Assembly: GCA_013177935.1 (NCBI GenBank)
Contig: JABLXZ010000001.1
Span: 386,191-450,190, forward strand
Length of the DNA: 64,000 nucleotides
DNA from: a candidate division WOR-3 bacterium
GTDB taxonomy: Bacteria > Hydrothermota > Tepidihabitantia > Tepidihabitantales > Tepidihabitantaceae
Direction of reading: 5' to 3'
The notes below the pieces were generated by a model. It did not search any database and had not been told where the DNA came from. It worked only from the letters and a program-made list of their open reading frames with translations. Position 1 is the first letter of the stretch. The number at the start of each line of letters is the position of its first letter. A program made the position numbers and the translations under genes. This document shows, piece by piece, positions 9,039 through 18,887 of this stretch.

Positions 9039-11158
9039 AAACAAATAATTTGGACTTTATCTTCAAGCCCCGTTCTGTTGCGGTTATCGGTGCCTCGAGC
9101 AAAGAAGGTTCGGTAGGTCGCGCCCTGTTCGCTAATATCCTTTTTAACGGTTACACCGGCGTTGTTTTTCCCGTTAATCCACGCGCGAAGAGCATTTTGG
9201 GCGTCAAAGCCTACCCTTCAATTCTGGACATCGAAGATGAGATCGACCTTGCGATACTCATTGTCCCAGCAATAACCGTACCGGCGGTGCTGGCTGAATG
9301 TGGCCAGAAAAAGGTAAAAGGTGCCATCGTCATTTCTGCCGGGTTTAAAGAACTCGGTGCCACCGGTGCAGCACTGGAGCAGGCGGTTAAGGAAAGAGCC
9401 CGCACCTGGGGTATTCGCCTTATCGGACCAAACTGTTTTGGAATGATAAACACCAGCCCGGCAGTACGGCTGAACACCACCTTCGGTCGTGTGATGCCCC
9501 GAACCGGAAACATCGCCCTGATTTCTCAATCCGGTGCAGTCGGTGTTAACGCACTCGAATATGCCGAATCCGAAGAGGTGGGTCTTTCTAAATTTATCTC
9601 AATTGGCAATAAAGCGGACATAAACGAGTGTGACCTGCTCGAATATTTGAAGGACGACGAAGAAACTGATGTCATTGCGCTCTATCTTGAAGATTTAGTT
9701 AACCCGCCGGAATTTATGCGCATTGCTCGAGAAATAACATCTCATGCCAAAAGACCCAAACCGATTCTTGCCATCAAAGCGGGTCGGACAAGCGAAGGCG
9801 CCCGTGCCGCATCTTCCCACACCGGTGCCCTTGCCGGTTCAGACGAGGCATACAACGCCTTTTTTGCCCAGGCACGCATCCTGCGAGTTGACACGGTAAG
9901 TGAGTTAATCGCCAAAGCTGCGGTCCTTGCCTACCAGCCTCCGCCGCGCGGTCCCCGAGTGGCAATCATCACCAATGCCGGTGGTGTAGGAATTATGGCA
10001 ACCGATGCCTGTGTACGATACGGACTAAAAATCGCACCATTAACCGAAAAAACCCGCACCGAACTTAAAAAGGTCCTGCCGCCAGCAGCTGCGATTAACA
10101 ACCCGGTCGATATCATCGGCGATGGTGATGCCAATCGCTATCGCGCCGCATTTCGTATCCTCCTTCAGGACGAAAATATCGACGGCATAATCCCGATATG
10201 GACACCAACCGTGATGGCAGAAGCGATTGATGTTGCCAATGTCATTGCCGAAGAAGCCCAAAATACAGATAAGCCCATTATCGCCTGCATTCAAACAATG
10301 GGTGACAACACCGCAATCCGTCGTGCCTTACTCCGCGTTCGAATCCCGCATTTTCTCTTTCCAGAAAATGCGGCTCGCGCCCTGGCAACGATGGCGGAAT
10401 TCGGCCGATTAAGCCGCCGTCCACCCGGAGAGGTTGTCAAATTTGGTGATGTTCAACCCGACCAAGTCCGCCAGATTGTTAACCGGGCAAAAAAGCGGCC
10501 CCGCCCGTTCATCTCAGAACCCGAATGCCATCAAATCCTTAAAGCCTACGGAATACCGGTAGCAGAATTCGAACTTGCCACCAACATTACTGAGGCATTA
10601 GCGCTCGCCCAGAAAATCGGTTATCCGGTTGCGATTAAAATTGTTTCTCCAGACATCATTCACAAGACCGATTTTGGTGCGGTTCGCATTAACATCACCA
10701 ATAACGAACAACTCAAAGAGTCCTATACCGCAATGATGGAAACGGTAAAGAACAAAAAGCCTGATGCCGAAATCTGGGGTGTAATGATTCAAAAGATGGC
10801 ACCAAGCGGTGGATTGGAAACAATCCTCGGAATGAAACGCGACCCTCATTTTGGTCCCCTGTTGATGTTTGGGCTGGGTGGAATTTTAGTTGAAGTCCTT
10901 AAAGATGTTGTTTTCCGGGTTGCGCCGGTAAACGACCTCTCTGCCGAGTCAATGATTACCGGAATCAGGGCACATCGCCTCCTTGAACCGTTTCGGGGAA
11001 AACCGGCACGCGACAAACAGAAGATTAAAGAGTCGATTCAGCGCCTGTCGCAGCTAGTTATGGACTTTCCGGAATTTGACGAAATTGATATCAACCCGCT
11101 CTTTGTTTATGAAGAAGGTAAAGGGGCGCTGGTGATTGACGCCCGGATTTTGCTTTAA
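9035..11158 (+). CDS. ADP-forming acetate--CoA ligase (NDP-forming acyl-CoA synthetase), fused alpha/beta type
   Basis: N-terminal CoA-binding domain (VAVIGAS...GYTGVVFPVNP), succinyl-CoA-synthetase-like ligase-CoA domain and C-terminal ATP-grasp domain. ATGA overlap with the upstream gene. Confidence 0.85.
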   Translation: MKTNNLDFIFKPRSVAVIGASSKEGSVGRALFANILFNGYTGVVFPVNPRAKSILGVKAYPSILDIEDEIDLAILIVPAITVPAVLAECGQKKVKGAIVISAGFKELGATGAALEQAVKERARTWGIRLIGPNCFGMINTSPAVRLNTTFGRVMPRTGNIALISQSGAVGVNALEYAESEEVGLSKFISIGNKADINECDLLEYLKDDEETDVIALYLEDLVNPPEFMRIAREITSHAKRPKPILAIKAGRTSEGARAASSHTGALAGSDEAYNAFFAQARILRVDTVSELIAKAAVLAYQPPPRGPRVAIITNAGGVGIMATDACVRYGLKIAPLTEKTRTELKKVLPPAAAINNPVDIIGDGDANRYRAAFRILLQDENIDGIIPIWTPTVMAEAIDVANVIAEEAQNTDKPIIACIQTMGDNTAIRRALLRVRIPHFLFPENAARALATMAEFGRLSRRPPGEVVKFGDVQPDQVRQIVNRAKKRPRPFISEPECHQILKAYGIPVAEFELATNITEALALAQKIGYPVAIKIVSPDIIHKTDFGAVRINITNNEQLKESYTAMMETVKNKKPDAEIWGVMIQKMAPSGGLETILGMKRDPHFGPLLMFGLGGILVEVLKDVVFRVAPVNDLSAESMITGIRAHRLLEPFRGKPARDKQKIKESIQRLSQLVMDFPEFDEIDINPLFVYEEGKGALVIDARILL

Positions 11159-11196
11159 CGATTGTAGTCTTTCGAGGTTTTCGGCAGGCAGGTAAA

Positions 11197-11269
11197 TGGA
11201 GCTGACCCGATTCGAACGGGCGACCCCCTGCTTGCAAAGCAGGTGCTCTCCCAACTGAGCTACAGCCCC
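11197..11269 (-). tRNA. tRNA-Ala (anticodon TGC)
   Basis: Reverse strand reads GGGGCTGTAGCTCAGTTGGGAGAGCACCTGCTTTGCAAGCAGGGGGTCGCCCGTTCGAATCGGGTCAGCTCCA. Cloverleaf with a G3:U70 Ala identity pair and anticodon loop CTTTGCAAG. CCA is not encoded. Confidence 0.9.
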
Positions 11270-11315
11270 TTATCAGTATAATAATCAATGTAATCTTTTC
11301 GTCAAGTGAAATCGT

Positions 11316-12515
11316 TTAGATTCTAATAACCGATTTGGGAACCGCTACTCTTGGGAAAGCCGCGTAACCAATTGCCAGTCTTACCTCAACCCCCTTTCCG
11401 AAAAACAACAGACCACCAACCTCCTTAATTCCCAGCCGAAAACTCCAACCCCTCAGATTTAAACCGGTATTTATGCCCGTAATAACCCCAAAGCGGTTAT
11501 CATATCCGATGGTTAAACAAATCGGCACCAGTTTCTTGACTGTCACTTCTGATATGAGTTCGGCGGTGAATCGACTTAAACCGAAAGGTTCTAAGTCTAA
11601 AACCGGATGCAAAATGACACCCGCATTAACACCCGGTTGGATTTGATACCCTATGCTCATATTTAATTTAATCGGTAAGTAAGTTAAAACCTCATTACTA
11701 CTGACCCGATTTACTCGAGAGTAAACCTTATCTGAGCCCGCAAATAGTTCGTAAAGATTGGCTGAATCAACTCTGAATGTCCAGTACCCCTCCTCAACCT
11801 GTTCGTGCCACACTATCCCAGGACTCAGGTCAAATACCGCCAGTCCAAGGTAAAGTCGAGCTTTCTGATAGGCACCACCCACATCAATGCTCCAGCCACT
11901 ACCACCCTGTGCTTTCAAATAACCAACACAACCTTCGCCCGTAAAACCTTCCCGGGTTGTAACAATCCGTGCCTCATGATTAAGAAGCTGACTATAGAAC
12001 AGACCACGGATATAATTAAAAGATGCGCCCACTAAAAAATTCCCCCAGCGTTTGCCTGTTCCTATTCCTGACCGCAACAACGCGGTGAACTTTGCCCGCG
12101 CACCATTTGAACTGTACATCCGGTCTAACTCATTGCCATTTAGAATTAAATCAATCAGGCCTTTGGGCAATACCACTTCGGCACCGGCATCGCTTCGGAC
12201 CGAAACCGCAAAATTCCGGTAACTGAACCGGGGCATTGCTCCATTAATTTCCGTGTTCATTGCCAGTCCGCTCCTTGGTACCGATTTTAATAGCAATCTC
12301 TTTGCCGTCTCGTCAATAAACGCTCCGCTATAACGATTATATTGGACGATGTTGAAGGCGTTGTTTTTCAGTCCCGCGGTCAAATCAACAATCTCGCAGG
12401 AAAAAATCGGGTTTTCTGGTAACCCGAGATTAGCCGGATTTATCAAAAGGGCATTACTTCCCGTACTAAAAACAGGATTCAAGACACCAAGCGTTAAACA
12501 AAGAATATTCAGCAT
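11316..12515 (-). CDS. Hypothetical secreted protein, probably beta-barrel/outer-membrane associated
   Basis: 399-aa ORF, beta-strand-rich with alternating hydrophobic pattern and a hydrophobic N-terminus. Stop of the upstream gene and this start are 3 nt apart (operon). No confident family. Confidence 0.5.
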   Translation of the reverse strand: MLNILCLTLGVLNPVFSTGSNALLINPANLGLPENPIFSCEIVDLTAGLKNNAFNIVQYNRYSGAFIDETAKRLLLKSVPRSGLAMNTEINGAMPRFSYRNFAVSVRSDAGAEVVLPKGLIDLILNGNELDRMYSSNGARAKFTALLRSGIGTGKRWGNFLVGASFNYIRGLFYSQLLNHEARIVTTREGFTGEGCVGYLKAQGGSGWSIDVGGAYQKARLYLGLAVFDLSPGIVWHEQVEEGYWTFRVDSANLYELFAGSDKVYSRVNRVSSNEVLTYLPIKLNMSIGYQIQPGVNAGVILHPVLDLEPFGLSRFTAELISEVTVKKLVPICLTIGYDNRFGVITGINTGLNLRGWSFRLGIKEVGGLLFFGKGVEVRLAIGYAAFPRVAVPKSVIRI

Positions 12516-12517
12516 GG

Positions 12518-14473
12518 TTATTTGGGATTGCGATTAACCCGTATTCGGACTTCTACAGTTGCGTCCAGTTTTATCTGGTCATTGGTATAAACAACCACTG
12601 TATCGGTTGGTGGGAACTCGAATATCAATCCGGCACTCAAAGAACAACTTCGGAACACAGTAACCGCCATGCTGTCAAGACAAACTGAGATTGCTGTATC
12701 CCGCTCGGCAACACATCTCCCCTGGTTATTAACCACCCCGGACGGTACAACAAATGGAATTGTAACGGAATCGACAAGAACATTCGGTTCGCTCAAAGAA
12801 CCTGGTTTTAACACCAGCCGCCCATTCATCCCAAACGGCAGTGCCGTCTTCAACCTGACTCCTGCTTGGCCATCAACAAGATAGTTTTGAACCGATTGCC
12901 GTTCTTCTTCTGACAATTCAATCCTTTTATCGGGCAAAATTACCGTATCCGGTACAAATGCCAGTCGCATTGGAACATTCAAAACTGCCGTCCCGGAAAC
13001 TAACTGTCCACTCTCAAATCGACCGTACCCCCTCATCCGGACGTTGTATTCGCAGGTGATAAAATCCGGCCCGGAGTTAAGTAGCGTTGTTATCGGAAAT
13101 GTGCGTTCAAAAGTACCGGGCTGGTTTCTTTGTCCCTGCATTACGGTAATCACATCTTCAACAGTTGCCACTATTTGCTGATTCTTTATTGCCTTTAAAG
13201 CAACAAAGACATCCATTGGAAAACCAACGCCATTTTCTCCTGCCAACACCAGCTGTGCTGTGGAAAACCGTACACCGTGTAAGTTAAAAGGTACCAATTC
13301 GGGTAACGTCTCAACATGGGAAAAAACGTACACTGGTTCCCGGAACATCCCGACAAGAAACCGCGGTTTAGCGTCAAGAATTACATAACCGATGTCCACC
13401 GCACAATCTTTTGTCACATCAACAAATTCTCCACGGGAGTCAAACCTTATCCGCATCTGGAGTTCGAGTATTCCACCCGTTTTCCGTAAATTATCGATTC
13501 CAACCTCTGCCAGATTGAATTCAGCCGTCACCCCTTCTCCCGCCTCAACCATTCGGGACGAACTAACACCAATCTTACGAAAGTCATAGTTAAGAGTCAT
13601 TGCTGCCGGTAAACGGTTACCAACCGTAAAAACGCATTGGCCTTGTGATAGAACAAGACTGTCAATTCTTAAGGGGTTACGCGCGACCATCTTTATTTCT
13701 ATTTTTTTCTCGGCTTGAGCATCAACAACTTTAAATCGGCCGCCTCCAATTCTAAGTGACTCCGGTTCTATGTTTATCACAAGACTATCCTGGGGGAAAA
13801 TTCTTACCGTATCCCGACCACTCCCTATTGAATGGACGGCAACATCGAAATCAATTGGATTAACCGCCCTTGCTCCTCCCAATCTTAACTTCTCTTCCCG
13901 AAACTCTCCGACTCTAATACTGCCGAGATGGACTACCCTCCCCAATAGTTTAATATCAATCGAATCAAAATTGAGCGGTGTCCGATTTTCGAGTCGCACA
14001 ATAACCACACCTTCGAGGATGTCAACGGTCTGAATATTCTCGAGGACACAGTGCTTCTCAAAAATATTACTAAACGGCCCAACCTGTAACTCCAAACCCG
14101 AATCGGGAATCGGTCCAAAAATTTCCTCACAGCTTATCCCATCCCTACCGCTGCCTAAGTTGGAAAAAACGAAATCTTCCAACCCGATTTTTTCTCTCTC
14201 TTCAATGGTAAGCAAAGAAACAGCGTTATCAACCGCCACGGGTCCCCATCGATGGGTAAGATTGATTACAAAAGATGAATCAGGCTGAATCTGGAACTTT
14301 TCACTGTTTGACAGAAGTTCACCTAAACGAATCGTACGCTGATAAACTGGTATTATCAGACTGACATCCCATTGTGGCAATGCTGGTGGCTTAAGGCAAG
14401 AGCCACCAAAGGCAATGAGCATCAAAAGAGTAAAAGTAAAATATTTGAATCTACACCCCTTTACCCTCAACAT
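12518..14473 (-). CDS. Large hypothetical secreted or membrane-anchored protein (about 650 aa)
   Basis: Long beta-rich ORF. Preferred start is the ATG at 14471-14473 (MLRVKGCRFKYFTFTLLMLIAFGGSC...), which has a GGAGG RBS and a signal/anchor segment. The ORF track extends it to 14575. Confidence 0.55.
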   Translation of the reverse strand: MLRVKGCRFKYFTFTLLMLIAFGGSCLKPPALPQWDVSLIIPVYQRTIRLGELLSNSEKFQIQPDSSFVINLTHRWGPVAVDNAVSLLTIEEREKIGLEDFVFSNLGSGRDGISCEEIFGPIPDSGLELQVGPFSNIFEKHCVLENIQTVDILEGVVIVRLENRTPLNFDSIDIKLLGRVVHLGSIRVGEFREEKLRLGGARAVNPIDFDVAVHSIGSGRDTVRIFPQDSLVINIEPESLRIGGGRFKVVDAQAEKKIEIKMVARNPLRIDSLVLSQGQCVFTVGNRLPAAMTLNYDFRKIGVSSSRMVEAGEGVTAEFNLAEVGIDNLRKTGGILELQMRIRFDSRGEFVDVTKDCAVDIGYVILDAKPRFLVGMFREPVYVFSHVETLPELVPFNLHGVRFSTAQLVLAGENGVGFPMDVFVALKAIKNQQIVATVEDVITVMQGQRNQPGTFERTFPITTLLNSGPDFITCEYNVRMRGYGRFESGQLVSGTAVLNVPMRLAFVPDTVILPDKRIELSEEERQSVQNYLVDGQAGVRLKTALPFGMNGRLVLKPGSLSEPNVLVDSVTIPFVVPSGVVNNQGRCVAERDTAISVCLDSMAVTVFRSCSLSAGLIFEFPPTDTVVVYTNDQIKLDATVEVRIRVNRNPK

Positions 14474-15479
14474 CGTTTTCCTCCTTCTCCCCCGGTAAAT
14501 CTTACAGGAGCCGCGGCTACCCTGTGAGCGTTCCAGAGTGCCTGATATTTTAAAAAGGCGGCATGCTCTCCCCATTTAAAAAAGGTATAGAACACCCTTC
14601 AGGCGTACCGCAGCTCCTTCAAATAATGGGGTCCACCGGGCGTAGAAAAGGGGCCGATTATGGTAGGACTTGGGCGTGGGCTTCTAAAATCCCAAGAAGG
14701 AGGCTAAGATGCCGGCCCCAGGAGATAATCTTAAGGCGGACCCCAAAGGTTACTGGTTAAACCTTAACTTCTCCATCCTGTAAGGAGCATCCCCTTGTCT
14801 CGAGCTCGGTCAAAGGTCCTCTTCTTTTTGTCTTGCTCCTTCATTTTACCAACTACCATCCGGGGTCCGCTTATCTATGGGTCATTATCCCTCCTTCCCA
14901 AAAGGGATAATGGTATCCCTCCTTCCGCAACCCACCAATTTTGAAGACGAGTAAACTATGGAGTACTAATATTTCGGGTGCGCCTCAATGGCAACAGAAC
15001 AGAGAGCAGAGAGAACAATGCGCTTCCTCTCGACTCCGTAGCTACCCGTCTTACAGAATTGTACTCAATTTATGAGGCAGCCCGGTGGACCCAGAAACTC
15101 CCGTTTGTAAAGAGCAAACTTATTGACAAAAATTCAACGGAACTCTGTCAATTTCACCTAACCCCTTCCCGCTTCTCATTAAAAACACCGAAAGCAAATA
15201 AATGCATTATCTGTGCCACCAACCACCTGAAATTCTAACACATCAAAACACAATAAGTTAGAACAACAACCGAAACAATATTGTTTAATGCGACCGCACT
15301 TACTAAAGTGCGTCAAGGACAATAACTAACACAAAATCAATATGTTAACAAATTGCGACAGGTTGTTACTGAGCCCTCAGCAGATTGTGAAAAAATGAAA
15401 TTTCTGTGTCGAGACAAAAGATTAAAACAACCATTACTCTTACTCTAATATGACATTGACATGCCGAGTAACAATTATT

Positions 15480-15507
15480 TTGACAATTACTTGAACCGCA
15501 ATATCAT
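15480..15507 (+). promoter_or_regulatory. Putative sigma70-type promoter for the M14 peptidase gene (TTGACA-16 nt-TATCAT)
   Basis: TTGACA at 15480-15485, a 16-nt spacer, and TATCAT at 15502-15507, about 30 nt upstream of the AGGAG RBS and the ATG at 15536. Confidence 0.35.
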
Positions 15508-15535
15508 TTAAAATATGGCTATGAAAGGAGTATTG

Positions 15536-17539
15536 ATGAAACCAAGAATTGTTTTTTTTATCCTTACAACCCTTACGATGGCAAGTACCAATATTGACCA
15601 GTCCAGAGACCTTGTACGGATTGTAGGAGCCGGTCGCGATGAGATGCGCGCATTAGCAAAAATCGGAGTAATCGTCAACTACATTGACAACCGTGGTGTA
15701 GTTGCTGAGGCAACGCTTGATGAGCAGGAGAAATTAAGAAGTAGCGGTTTTTCAATCGAAATTCTTACCCGAAACATTACCAGGGTATATGAGCAAAACT
15801 GTCTCGCCTCTGCCAGCGATGGTCGCTATTTAACCTATAGTGAGTTCCGGGACACAATGGCAATAATCGCCCAGAACAACTCTAATATTTGCAAACTGGA
15901 AACACTGGGTTTGAGTTATAATGGTAGTTTAATCCTTATAATGAAAATCTCAGATAACCCTCAAAGCGATGAAAATGAACCGGTAGTTCATTTCGAAGGA
16001 GATATCCACGGCGATGAGAAAATCGCTTGGGCGATAGTATTCGAACTGATAAAATACCTTGTTCAAAACTACGGCACCGACACCCTTGTTACTCGACTGG
16101 TGAACGACCGGGAAATTTACCTTCTACCAATGTACAATCCCGATGGCTTTATCGCGGGCCGCCGTTACAATGGGAACAATGTTGACTTAAATCGTAACTG
16201 GGGCTGGATGTGGGGTGATGAAGTAAATCAGGGCGCCGCCCCATTTTCCGAACCGGAAAATAGAGCGGCTTTAGCACACATCTGGCGTAATCCGGCGGTG
16301 ATTTATGTCTCATATCACGCCGGCACTACCTTCATCTCCCACCCTTGGAGTTATTGCTTCTCTTATCAAAACACTATTCCGGAACTGCCCCTGATTCAAT
16401 TTCTATCTGCCCGCTATGACGCCTTCACCCACTACCACTATGGCCAGGGTCCAGACACGATGTATTTAATTAATGGCTCAACCAAAGATTTTGACTATGG
16501 CTATGGAATGATGGGCTGGTCAATTGAGGTTCACATTCAGAAAACCCCGCCTGCCTCCGAAATTGACCAGACTTTCAATTTGAACAAGCCGGCAATGCTT
16601 GCCTTGATACGCCACGCCGGTCAGGGAATTAGGGGTACTATTACCGATGCAGCAACGGGCGAACCAGTTCCCTGCCAAATCTGGATCAGCCCAGCAAACT
16701 GGGTAAGTTATAACGACCCGGAACTGGGTGATTTTCACCGATTTTATCTTCCCGGAACCTATCAGTTAACATTTCGTGCGCCCGGATACCGGGAAACCAC
16801 CTTGACCGATGTTGTTGTACCCGATTCTGGAGACTCAGTGACAACGGTTGATGTCCAGTTAACCCCGGACCCATCAGCACCGCTTTTTGCCTTCCGCCAT
16901 ATCTACAACAACTATGTCAACCCATCAGTAAATCGGACCTATCCAGTTCGGTCGCTTGGTCCTCACGATGGTAATGGGTTCCGGCTCGACAATGGCAAGT
17001 ACATCTGTCTTGATATGTCCACACCGATTCGTAATCAAGATGGTATGGACTTAGTTGTCTATCGCTCCGCGGGCAGCGGTACGGCGTTGGTTCAAGGGGC
17101 GAATGATTGGCAAGGATTATGGACCGATATTGGCACCGCCCAAACCAACCAGAGTTTGTTTGACATTGGTGCTGTTGGCTTGGACAGCATCCGCTACATA
17201 AAAGTCACCGCCTCGGGCGAATTTCATCTCGATGCGATTGAAGGGGTAAGCAATGTTGGCATCAGTATGTCTCAACCTCAAGCACCCGAGCCGTTTGTTA
17301 TTAAACCCCACTGTAACCCTACCGCCTTGCCAGTAAAATTTACAACAACCAACTATGCAACACAGAATGGGGCGCTAAAAATTTTTGACCTGAGCGGACA
17401 ACTCATTGCAAGCGTACCGGTATTAAGCAACCAGTTACTCTGGAACGGGAAAGACCGGAATGGGAATACGGTCAGCCCCGGCGTATATTTTGTCCGCTTT
17501 GACGGTGCTCACCCGCTGCGGATAATAATAACGAGGTGA
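15536..17539 (+). CDS. Secreted M14-family zinc carboxypeptidase with carboxypeptidase-regulatory-like domain and T9SS C-terminal sorting domain
   Basis: HGDE zinc-binding motif (HFEGDIHGDEKIAW) and an M14 fold. The C-terminus KIFDLSGQLIASVPV...GVYFVRFDGAHPLRIIITR is a typical T9SS/Por C-terminal domain. Start placed at MKPRIVFF after the AAAGGAG RBS. Confidence 0.85.
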   Translation: MKPRIVFFILTTLTMASTNIDQSRDLVRIVGAGRDEMRALAKIGVIVNYIDNRGVVAEATLDEQEKLRSSGFSIEILTRNITRVYEQNCLASASDGRYLTYSEFRDTMAIIAQNNSNICKLETLGLSYNGSLILIMKISDNPQSDENEPVVHFEGDIHGDEKIAWAIVFELIKYLVQNYGTDTLVTRLVNDREIYLLPMYNPDGFIAGRRYNGNNVDLNRNWGWMWGDEVNQGAAPFSEPENRAALAHIWRNPAVIYVSYHAGTTFISHPWSYCFSYQNTIPELPLIQFLSARYDAFTHYHYGQGPDTMYLINGSTKDFDYGYGMMGWSIEVHIQKTPPASEIDQTFNLNKPAMLALIRHAGQGIRGTITDAATGEPVPCQIWISPANWVSYNDPELGDFHRFYLPGTYQLTFRAPGYRETTLTDVVVPDSGDSVTTVDVQLTPDPSAPLFAFRHIYNNYVNPSVNRTYPVRSLGPHDGNGFRLDNGKYICLDMSTPIRNQDGMDLVVYRSAGSGTALVQGANDWQGLWTDIGTAQTNQSLFDIGAVGLDSIRYIKVTASGEFHLDAIEGVSNVGISMSQPQAPEPFVIKPHCNPTALPVKFTTTNYATQNGALKIFDLSGQLIASVPVLSNQLLWNGKDRNGNTVSPGVYFVRFDGAHPLRIIITR

Positions 17540-17543
17540 TTGT

Positions 17544-18887
17544 ATGCTATACAATATCCTTTCCTTGTTTTTTGTCTTTACAGTGCCATCAGAAGTTGAC
17601 CATCGCGAAACCAAAGGAGAAATTACCGCAATCGAATCCCGTGTCACCGAATTCACCCTGAAAAATGGCTTGCATGTCATCCACTACTTTGACTCCTCGG
17701 CACCGGTTGTTTCAGTCAATGTCTATTATCGTGTTGGTTCCTACGATGAACAAACCGGCAGTACCGGAATTTCCCATATGGTAGAACATATGAGTTTCAA
17801 GCACACTGATATCTACAAACCCGGTGACTTCGACCGGATGCTTGATTCGGTAGGCGCCAATAACAACGGCTTTACCTCAACCTATTACACTGGTTATTAC
17901 GAAGAACTGGCAAAAGAACACTGGGAACTGGCGCTAAAACTGGAGGCTGCAAGAATGAACAATTGTATCTTCCCCGACTCTGAGTTTGAAAGCGAGCATC
18001 AGGTGGTAGCTGAAGAAAGGCGCCTGCAGGATAACCGTCCGACCAGTAACCTGTGGGAACAGTTTGAGGCAATTGCCTTTCTTGCCCATCCCCATCGTAA
18101 TCCCACAATCGGCTGGTCTGATGATGTGGGAAAGTTTACCGTTGAGAAGGTCCGCGACTGGTATAAAAAATATTATAACCCGGCAAATGCGGTCATCGTC
18201 ATCGCCGGTGATGTACCACTGGAAGAAGTAAAGTCAAAAGTGGAAAAGTATTACGCCAGATTCAAAGGTACACCGGTCAAAAGGCCGGATTTTTACGATA
18301 TCGAACCCGCTCTGGCGGGTGAAAGGCGACTTGTCTTACGCAAACGGGTTAATGTCCCCACGCTGTTAATCGGCTTTCCAACGCCGGGAATTCGTGATTC
18401 ACTTTACATCGTGGGAGATGTGGTGGCAGCAATTTTAGGCAGCGGACGAAACTCCCGCCTCTATCGAACACTGGTTATTGACTCCGGCTTTGCCACATCG
18501 GTTTCAGCCTGGAACTCTGTCGAACGCGACCCGGGAATTCTCGAAATTTTGGTCACCCCAAAAGCCGAGAGCCTCATACCCCGCATCGAAACTGTCATCC
18601 TTACTGAAATAAAAAGGATGGTAACTGAGCCGGTAAGCACTCAAGAACTGCAACGGGTAAAAAATCAAACCCTTGCCACCGCACTATTTGACCGTGACGA
18701 CATTTCTGATATCGCCTGGTTACTTGCTACTTCGCAGATTACCGCCGGTAACTGGCGCCATTTTTTGCAGCAAATCGAACGTATCGAGAAAACTACCCCG
18801 GAACAGGTTCTTGTTTTCTGTAAACAATATCTAACTGAACAACGACGCATCGTCGGCGTCCTTCTTTCGGATAAGGAGGTAAAATGA
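17544..18887 (+). CDS. M16-family (pitrilysin/insulinase) zinc peptidase, active subunit
   Basis: Inverted zinc motif HxxEH (GISHMVEHMSFKHT). N-terminal signal peptide. Confidence 0.85.
   Translation: MLYNILSLFFVFTVPSEVDHRETKGEITAIESRVTEFTLKNGLHVIHYFDSSAPVVSVNVYYRVGSYDEQTGSTGISHMVEHMSFKHTDIYKPGDFDRMLDSVGANNNGFTSTYYTGYYEELAKEHWELALKLEAARMNNCIFPDSEFESEHQVVAEERRLQDNRPTSNLWEQFEAIAFLAHPHRNPTIGWSDDVGKFTVEKVRDWYKKYYNPANAVIVIAGDVPLEEVKSKVEKYYARFKGTPVKRPDFYDIEPALAGERRLVLRKRVNVPTLLIGFPTPGIRDSLYIVGDVVAAILGSGRNSRLYRTLVIDSGFATSVSAWNSVERDPGILEILVTPKAESLIPRIETVILTEIKRMVTEPVSTQELQRVKNQTLATALFDRDDISDIAWLLATSQITAGNWRHFLQQIERIEKTTPEQVLVFCKQYLTEQRRIVGVLLSDKEVK

Noticed and set aside
11054-11288. Two small ORFs (66 and 65 aa) from the six-frame track
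   Set aside because: They overlap the tRNA-Ala gene and are artefacts of reading through the tRNA.
14850-15060. Possible RNase P RNA. A GCAACAGAACAGAGAGCAG stretch resembles the E. coli M1 RNA segment GUGCAACAGAGAGCAAACC, and UCCGGGGUCCGCUUAUCUAUGGGUCA loosely resembles the P4/CR-I region.
   Set aside because: The universally conserved GGAAAGUCCGGGCUCC and ACAGAANCCGGCUUA elements are not present in recognisable form, and spacing between the putative elements is wrong. The region is kept only as an unclassified structured ncRNA candidate.
14563-15238. ORFs 14563-14760 (65 aa) and 14978-15238 (86 aa) inside the long intergenic region
   Set aside because: No RBS, low-complexity or Arg-rich translations, and they overlap the predicted RNA helices. 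More likely non-coding.
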